From a virus: a stretch of 64,000 nucleotides of DNA. The translations under genes were made by a program, and so were the position numbers. This document shows positions 57,893-64,000 of this stretch, in pieces. The notes below the pieces were generated by a model. It did not search any database and had not been told where the DNA came from. It saw only the letters and a list, made by a program, of their open reading frames with translations. Each line of letters starts with the position of its first letter. Within the stretch, counting starts at the first letter, position 1. The stretch is taken from IMG/VR virus record IMGVR_UViG_3300049436_000052, positions 73,433-137,432 of that record; one strand, 5' to 3'.

Positions 57893-58351
57893 TTGGATTC
57901 ACTAACAATAATTGGCACACCACACACTCCAGCAGTTGATTTTGATCCAGATAATAATTATTTTATTATTAGCGGTAGGAGTACGAGCCAGGACTCTGAC
58001 ATACAATATCTTCCTATTGTTAGATATTTAGAAATATATAAAAAAGAACTTGATCAAATTAATAAAATTCAAAAAAATTCAGATGGTCAAACAATAACAT
58101 TTAGATTTAAATTTGAATATTTCAATACTCAAGCAATCAGATACTTACATACCATTATGAAACATATTGAAGATATTTCTCAAACTAATCAAGTTTCTGT
58201 TATTTGGGAATCGGAACGGTTTGATGAAGATAACATTGAAATGGGCGAAGAGTTTGAAGAATTATTTAATATTGATATCAGATTAATTGTAAATGAAATT
58301 CCACAAAAGAGAAAAAAAACTTTTACCCATAAGTTTAAAGATGTTGAATAA
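57893..58351 (+). CDS. SiaC-family (DUF1987) regulatory protein
   Basis: TPAVDFD...ISGRS...FEYFNT...VIW...DEDNIEMGEEF; TTG start. Confidence 0.8.
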   Translation: MDSLTIIGTPHTPAVDFDPDNNYFIISGRSTSQDSDIQYLPIVRYLEIYKKELDQINKIQKNSDGQTITFRFKFEYFNTQAIRYLHTIMKHIEDISQTNQVSVIWESERFDEDNIEMGEEFEELFNIDIRLIVNEIPQKRKKTFTHKFKDVE

Positions 58352-58372
58352 TCTATTTTAAAATTTCGAAAG

Positions 58373-58380
58373 TATTTATA
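58373..58380 (+). promoter_or_regulatory. Putative late promoter TATTTATA
   Basis: AAGTATTTATATTAAAA. Confidence 0.65.
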
Positions 58381-58396
58381 TTAAAATTAATTAATA

Positions 58397-58636
58397 ATGG
58401 CATTATCAGAAGTTTTATACAATAACTCAAATTTAGATCCAGTACAAAAGATTGATGAACTTTCAAATACAGAATATTATATTGGTCATTCAATAAATGG
58501 AAACGATCCTAGTAAGGCGACTTGGAAAATAAAAAGAATTTGGAAGGTTTCGACTATTTGGAATATCGGTTATCCGTCTGGAAGCCAAGATTTTAGTTTT
58601 ATTTTTGATGATAGATTTACTTATACATATAAATAA
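58397..58636 (+). CDS. Small structural protein
   Basis: YYIG...WKIKRI...DDRFTYTY, typical small virion protein. Confidence 0.6.
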   Translation: MALSEVLYNNSNLDPVQKIDELSNTEYYIGHSINGNDPSKATWKIKRIWKVSTIWNIGYPSGSQDFSFIFDDRFTYTYK

Positions 58637-58646
58637 AAAACATTAG

Positions 58647-59420
58647 ATGGAAAATTTTACAACAAAAAAGAGACTAAGCAATGATAATTTCTTTCAGGAA
58701 GATGATGATGTTTTAAATCTGTCTGGTAATACGATAACTAAAGGAGATGGTGTTACTATTGTTACTGCAATTTCTGGAACTACAACACTAACTAACAATA
58801 GTACTAACATTCAAATTCTTACTGGTACTACTGGACATACACATTATTTACCAGTTGTTTCAACATTAAGTTTAGGACATCCATTTAAATTTAAAAATGA
58901 AAGTACTGGACTTTGGATAATTAAATCAAGTGGTGGTAATGTGGTTACTACAATTGCAACAGGATTAACAATTGAAATCGTATGTATTGGTTTAAATGGT
59001 ACTGACGAAACTAATTGGAGTGTATTGATAAGTAGTACTGATAGTGAAATTTATATTCCTATAACACAACCTATAATATCTGATAATGTTATGACTTTAA
59101 ATTGTGCTGATAGGTTTGAATGTATGTTTGAGGGAAGGACAAGTGTAGAAACGTTGTTAATTACTAATGATTTTACAATTGAATTTTCAAATGAAACAAA
59201 TACAAAATTAATTTCACTAATTTTAAATGTTAGTGGTACAAATGCAATAACATTTCCTTCAGGAGTTATGTGTTCAAATCCTTCAACAAATGGAATATGG
59301 AACACAGGATCTAGAATATTAACCTTAGCAAGTGGAAGTGATAAGATAGTAGAATTACAATTAATTAAATATGAAACAAGTTCTAAGTGGCTACTAAAAG
59401 TAGGTGAGGAGGCAGAATAA
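58647..59420 (+). CDS. Structural/fibre-associated protein
   Basis: N-terminus RLSNDNFFQ..DDVLNLSGNT resembles that of 51781..52818. Confidence 0.6.
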   Translation: MENFTTKKRLSNDNFFQEDDDVLNLSGNTITKGDGVTIVTAISGTTTLTNNSTNIQILTGTTGHTHYLPVVSTLSLGHPFKFKNESTGLWIIKSSGGNVVTTIATGLTIEIVCIGLNGTDETNWSVLISSTDSEIYIPITQPIISDNVMTLNCADRFECMFEGRTSVETLLITNDFTIEFSNETNTKLISLILNVSGTNAITFPSGVMCSNPSTNGIWNTGSRILTLASGSDKIVELQLIKYETSSKWLLKVGEEAE

Positions 59421-62029
59421 TGAGTTTATTACTCGCAAATAGAGCTTTATCAATATCAGTAAGTGTAGATACACCAATATTATTACCATTGACTGTGGTA
59501 AATAATACATCCATTAAACTAGATTGGACTAGCAGTGAAAAGGTTGAAATATATAGAAGCACATCAGAATTAAGTGGATATTCTTTAATAATAACTATCG
59601 ATGAAGGAATAGCTACATATTCAGATACTGGATTGACTGCATATAATTTTTATTTTTATAAAATAAGAGCGGTTAGAGGTGTTATATATTCAGATTATAC
59701 ATCACCATTAAACATTTCAACATCCATTTTTTATGATACTTTTGCTAGACCAACACTAGGTGCACCTTATGTTGTGACTAATGGCGCAAATTATTCTATG
59801 GAGGGTAGTTATTTAGTTGCTAGGGCAGAATCTGCCGCATTTGTCGATTCTCTACAAATTCAATATGGTATTTGGACTATGAATGAAAGTTGGGAGCAAC
59901 AGATTGAAATTGGTATAGGTGGAGTTATAGGAGATGATGATAATGGGATTGGGATTGGATTAACATCACAACCACACTTGGCAGTTTGGAATAAAACAGG
60001 AAAAATAGCTATTTATAATGGAAGTACATTGGTTTATGAGAGTGTAGACATTTTAACACCTGAAATTAATACTCATTATAATATATTATTTAAAGCAGAA
60101 CGCTGGTCTTTTTATGTGAAAGTTACTAATTTAAGTGATGACACATACATAGAATACAACTATGAAGTTAGCATGTCTGATACAAATTGGTATAAGACAT
60201 CAACACCTGTATTCTATTGTTTTAATTATTCAAATTCATTAGGTGTGTATTTGTGGAATCATAGAGATTTAAATACATTACCAAAAAAAGCTCTATTTGT
60301 TGGTGATTCTATTGCTTATGGTGCTCAAGTTTCAACTCGTAATTTAAGATTTCCAAATCTTATTTTTGGGGAAAATACCAATGATTATGCTGTTTATGGA
60401 GGTCCAGGTGATTCGTCATATAATCTTGCTGATAGATTAACAGAACTTTATAAGCTTAGACCTAAGTATACTGTTATTCTTATTGGTAGCAACGATTCTG
60501 TTGCAACAACTACAGAATCAAACTTATCAGATATTTTAGATGGGTTAATTGCTAATTCTATAATACCAATTGTATTGGCAGTATTACCAAGAAATGATGC
60601 CAATAAATCATCTTGGTTGTCTGTATTAGCAGCCTTATGTGTTACGAAATCGGTTAAATATATAGATACCTATAGTCTTATGACTGATGAAATATCACCA
60701 ACTCATCTATCTTCATTTTTTAATTCTGGAGATGGTATACACCCCAACGATGCAGGAGATTTAGTTATTGCTCAAGCAATTGAATCGAACGTGGATTTGA
60801 CAAACATAACAAATCCTACCAAAACACCTACAATTCTTACATTACCAACTGAAGTAAATTTGGTAGGAAGTGGGGCTACTGTTGGTTATACGTTAGATAT
60901 ACAGAGTTTAGAAACTACATATTCGATTCAATATGGGTTAACTAATGCATTAGGTTCTACACAATCTGGAGGAACTACCAATTCAAATGGTGCTGTAACA
61001 GTTGATTTAAATGGACTTACAAGAGAAGTACCTGTTTACTGGAAAATGAAATGTGTAAATAGTACATCAACTACTTATAGTAAAATGCAAACATTCACAC
61101 TCTTGCCACATTTATTATTAACATCTGATGGTACTGGTGCTGGTGTAATGACATTTGAAGCACAAACTTCATCTAACTGTCTTGTTACTCTTGGGGCAAA
61201 TGCTAAATTTTACAGTGATTCTGCGGGTACTTTAGATGAAAGTTCTACATGGTTAATACTTGCAAGTTCTGGTTCTACATATAGAACTAGATACGTTAAA
61301 TGCACTACAGGTACGGCATCCGTTGAATTTGCTGACATTTCGTTAGTTAAAAAATTAAGATTTATATCATCACCAACAAATGCACCAATATTGTCAGGAG
61401 ATGTCAGCAAATTCGTTAATATTGATATTATATTAATTACAGCTAAAAATACATTATCTGGAGACATTACCAACTTAACCTTATTAACATCTTTAATCGT
61501 AACTGGAACAAATAATATAACAGGTTCTATTACTTTGCTAACATTACTTACAACTTTAACTGTAACAGGAAACAATACCATATCTGGGTCAATTACCACA
61601 TTAACATCACTTACATCTATAACTGTGACTGGAAACAATACACTTACAGGTAGTGTATCTGCCTTAACTGGATTAACAGTATTAACGCTTGGAGGTGCAG
61701 GTATTAATACTGTTGGTGGTGATTTGGGTGGTTCTGGAACTTCAGCAATTGTTAATGGAATTACAACACTATCATTAAATCCTTGTGCAATGGATACTTA
61801 TACATCTGGAGCTACTTGGAGCAATGTTGCAGCCAATATTAGACCATCAGTGGGATATGGATATTCTTCAGATGAAGTTGATGGTATATTGATTGACATG
61901 GCTAATAGTGCTGGAGGACCATCTGGAAAAATTATTTATTTATTAGGTTCTTGTGCTTCCAGAACTTCTGCAAGTGATGCTGCTGTTGCTACGTTAATTG
62001 GCAGGGGATGTACCATAAATACAAATTAG
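59420..62029 (+). CDS. Multidomain appendage protein: FN3 + SGNH esterase + LRR-like repeats
   Basis: YSDTGL..YFYKIRA (FN3); GDSI, GSND, DGIHPN (SGNH); 21-aa LTxLTVTGNNTISGSI repeats. Confidence 0.8.
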   Translation: MSLLLANRALSISVSVDTPILLPLTVVNNTSIKLDWTSSEKVEIYRSTSELSGYSLIITIDEGIATYSDTGLTAYNFYFYKIRAVRGVIYSDYTSPLNISTSIFYDTFARPTLGAPYVVTNGANYSMEGSYLVARAESAAFVDSLQIQYGIWTMNESWEQQIEIGIGGVIGDDDNGIGIGLTSQPHLAVWNKTGKIAIYNGSTLVYESVDILTPEINTHYNILFKAERWSFYVKVTNLSDDTYIEYNYEVSMSDTNWYKTSTPVFYCFNYSNSLGVYLWNHRDLNTLPKKALFVGDSIAYGAQVSTRNLRFPNLIFGENTNDYAVYGGPGDSSYNLADRLTELYKLRPKYTVILIGSNDSVATTTESNLSDILDGLIANSIIPIVLAVLPRNDANKSSWLSVLAALCVTKSVKYIDTYSLMTDEISPTHLSSFFNSGDGIHPNDAGDLVIAQAIESNVDLTNITNPTKTPTILTLPTEVNLVGSGATVGYTLDIQSLETTYSIQYGLTNALGSTQSGGTTNSNGAVTVDLNGLTREVPVYWKMKCVNSTSTTYSKMQTFTLLPHLLLTSDGTGAGVMTFEAQTSSNCLVTLGANAKFYSDSAGTLDESSTWLILASSGSTYRTRYVKCTTGTASVEFADISLVKKLRFISSPTNAPILSGDVSKFVNIDIILITAKNTLSGDITNLTLLTSLIVTGTNNITGSITLLTLLTTLTVTGNNTISGSITTLTSLTSITVTGNNTLTGSVSALTGLTVLTLGGAGINTVGGDLGGSGTSAIVNGITTLSLNPCAMDTYTSGATWSNVAANIRPSVGYGYSSDEVDGILIDMANSAGGPSGKIIYLLGSCASRTSASDAAVATLIGRGCTINTN

Positions 62030-62146
62030 AAATTTTTATACAAAAAAAGTTTCATATTATCTATTTTTTAAAATGTAATATATTAATAGATTTTATGTAA
62101 TGATTTGGTTAGAATAAATATTTAAGATATTTTACATTTGATAAAG

Positions 62147-62154
62147 TATTTATA
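62147..62154 (+). promoter_or_regulatory. Putative late promoter TATTTATA
   Basis: AAGTATTTATAAAAA. Confidence 0.65.
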
Positions 62155-62168
62155 AAAAAATATGATTA

Positions 62169-63056
62169 ATGTCAAAATTTACAATAGATCTTTTATCAGG
62201 TGATTTATATTTATTTAGTGGTGAATTTAATGGAAGTGGAACAACATCAGGAACTACATATTCGGCAGTAAATTTATATTCTGATTTACCAACACCAGCA
62301 TCAGCATCAGGTCAAATTTATGTAGTTAGAAGTAGCACTGGCATTTTCTTAGCAAATAGAAAATCATCAGGTTTTTATTTTAGTAATGGCAGTTCATGGT
62401 CATATTTAGGAGAAACACCAAATTATTTTAAATCAGATAATTTTCAAGTTTACGATAGCGCAGATAATACTAAGGGTCTTATGTTTATTACTTCTGGTAT
62501 TACCACAGATAATTTTAGAAATTTAACAATTCAAAATAGTGATGGTACAATAGCATATTTAACGGATGTTAATCTAAAATTAGATACATCTTTATTTAAT
62601 ACATATACTGGAAATACAGTAACAGAATTAAATAGTAAATTGGATACGTCATTATTTAATACATATACTGGAGATACATTAACACAGATAAATACTAAAT
62701 TAGATACATCAATATTTAATACATTTACAGGAACAACATTACCGGCAATTTTAAAATCAATTGGAAGAATAGTAGTAACTGGCTCAACATATACACCCAC
62801 AATTAATGATAAAATTATTGGTATAAAGGCAACTACTGGAACTACTGTGACAATATCATTACCATTAATATCTCTTATTGGTGAAATTTATTGGCAATTT
62901 AAAGATGAGGGATTTAACGCTTCAAATAATCCAATTACATTTAGTGCTAGTACTGGAAATTATTTAGAAAATAATCTGTCAAACATTAGTATGAATGTTA
63001 ATGGTGGTTCACTTAGTATTTATAATGATAATAACAATAATTGGTTTATAATTTAA
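62169..63056 (+). CDS. Structural/fibre protein with 20-aa repeats
   Basis: KLDTS(L/I)FNT(Y/F)TG x3; C-terminal FKDExxNAxxNxIT domain shared with 52832..55618. Confidence 0.65.
   Translation: MSKFTIDLLSGDLYLFSGEFNGSGTTSGTTYSAVNLYSDLPTPASASGQIYVVRSSTGIFLANRKSSGFYFSNGSSWSYLGETPNYFKSDNFQVYDSADNTKGLMFITSGITTDNFRNLTIQNSDGTIAYLTDVNLKLDTSLFNTYTGNTVTELNSKLDTSLFNTYTGDTLTQINTKLDTSIFNTFTGTTLPAILKSIGRIVVTGSTYTPTINDKIIGIKATTGTTVTISLPLISLIGEIYWQFKDEGFNASNNPITFSASTGNYLENNLSNISMNVNGGSLSIYNDNNNNWFII
62571..62740 (+). repeat. 60-bp coding tandem repeat (~2.8 copies)
   Basis: aaatt(a/g)gatac(a/g)tc.(t/a)tatttaatacat recurs every 60 nt. Confidence 0.85.
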
Positions 63057-63069
63057 AACATTAAATAAA

Positions 63070-64000
63070 ATGACTTACTTACCAAATACTTCTTTCACAA
63101 TAAAAGATAGTCCAAATTTAGATGCATTTGGAAGATTAAGAATTTCAAATCCATTTACAATATTTGATTCAAAGATATTAAACGATACAAATGACTTATA
63201 TTATGATCAAATAACTCTTAATGGATCAATTACATATCTACCAAATGAATCATCAAGGTCGTTATCAGTTGATGCAAGTGCTGGAAATTATGCGATTATT
63301 CAAACAAAAAGATCGTTTAACTATCAACCTGGAAAATCAATGTTTTGTTTATTTACTGGTATTTTAACTACAGAAACCAATGTAACTAAAAGAGTTGGGT
63401 TATTTGATAGTGTAACTGGTGGTACATATTTACCATATAATGGATTATATTTTGAAAATGATGGAACAACTATTAGTATAAATGTTGTAAAAAATACAAC
63501 AGGTATTACAAAAATAGTTCAAACAAATTGGAATTTAGATAAATTAAATGGTGCTGGAGGAAATGATAATCCTTCAGATATTAATTTAGATCTAACAAAA
63601 TCTCAAATATTTGTAATCGATTTCGAATGGCTTGGTGTGGGTAGAATTCGATTTGGTTTTAACATAAATGGTAATACATATTATTGTCATGAAGTTCTTA
63701 ATGCAAATAATATTGTTGGGGTATATATTAGATACCCAAATCTACCAATACGATATGAAATAAGAAGCACTGGTGGTGCAGGTAGCATGAGACAGATATG
63801 TTCTAGTATCACATCTGAAGGTAGTTTCGATCCAAATGGAATTTTTAGAAATATACACACACCAACATCTTTATCAATTTTAGGAGGCGTTACAAGACCA
63901 ATAATCGCAATTAGATTAAAAGCAACAAATAGAAATGTTGAAATAATTCCATCTATAATGAGTGCATTAGCATCAGATGGTGGTAGTTTCTTTTGGACAT
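63070..64000 (+). CDS. Conserved virion structural protein (partial, runs off window)
   Basis: ATG 63070; DAFGRLRIS, YQPGKS, DFEWLGVGRIRFG motifs. Confidence 0.75.
   Translation, partial: MTYLPNTSFTIKDSPNLDAFGRLRISNPFTIFDSKILNDTNDLYYDQITLNGSITYLPNESSRSLSVDASAGNYAIIQTKRSFNYQPGKSMFCLFTGILTTETNVTKRVGLFDSVTGGTYLPYNGLYFENDGTTISINVVKNTTGITKIVQTNWNLDKLNGAGGNDNPSDINLDLTKSQIFVIDFEWLGVGRIRFGFNINGNTYYCHEVLNANNIVGVYIRYPNLPIRYEIRSTGGAGSMRQICSSITSEGSFDPNGIFRNIHTPTSLSILGGVTRPIIAIRLKATNRNVEIIPSIMSALASDGGSFFWT

Noticed and set aside
51781-64000. Diversity-generating retroelement targeting fibre genes
   Set aside because: No reverse transcriptase and no adenine-specific TR/VR repeat pair was seen
1-64000. 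tRNA/rRNA genes; bacterial chromosomal capsule locus
   Set aside because: No cloverleaf or GC-rich RNA gene was seen; the glycan genes are embedded among phage structural and replication genes and lack export functions

Overview
Very AT-rich segment of a large T4-like (myovirus-type) phage genome. The host is probably Bacteroidota, judged from TAnnTTTG promoters and A-rich leaders without Shine-Dalgarno sites. In order, the window holds: (1) a leftward operon with a phage sigma factor, two glycosyltransferases and a HAD-like protein; (2) a gp26-like baseplate/tail chaperone with a probable -1 frameshift into a gp51-like extension; (3) a 6-kb leftward block of small accessory genes, part of which looks like an integron-type cassette array with attC-like sites overlapping the 5' halves of antisense genes; (4) the tape measure gene, a non-coding origin-like region with 8 x 13-bp perfect repeats, and baseplate genes; (5) a ~15-kb glycan-modification cluster (about 10 glycosyltransferase domains, methyltransferases, DegT aminotransferase, acetyltransferase, ACP, acyl-AMP ligase, ketoreductase); (6) late genes sharing N-terminal leaders that end in (L/I)NE, probably head-packaged effectors; (7) a T4-like replication block (gp32-like SSB, HNH, UvsX, 5'-3' exonuclease, DNA MTase, gp41-like helicase); (8) Ser/Thr/Gly-rich fibre and structural genes, a late GT9, a SiaC-like protein and an SGNH/LRR appendage protein. 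A TATTTATA motif precedes nearly every late/structural unit. All product calls come from motif recognition by eye; no database search was run.
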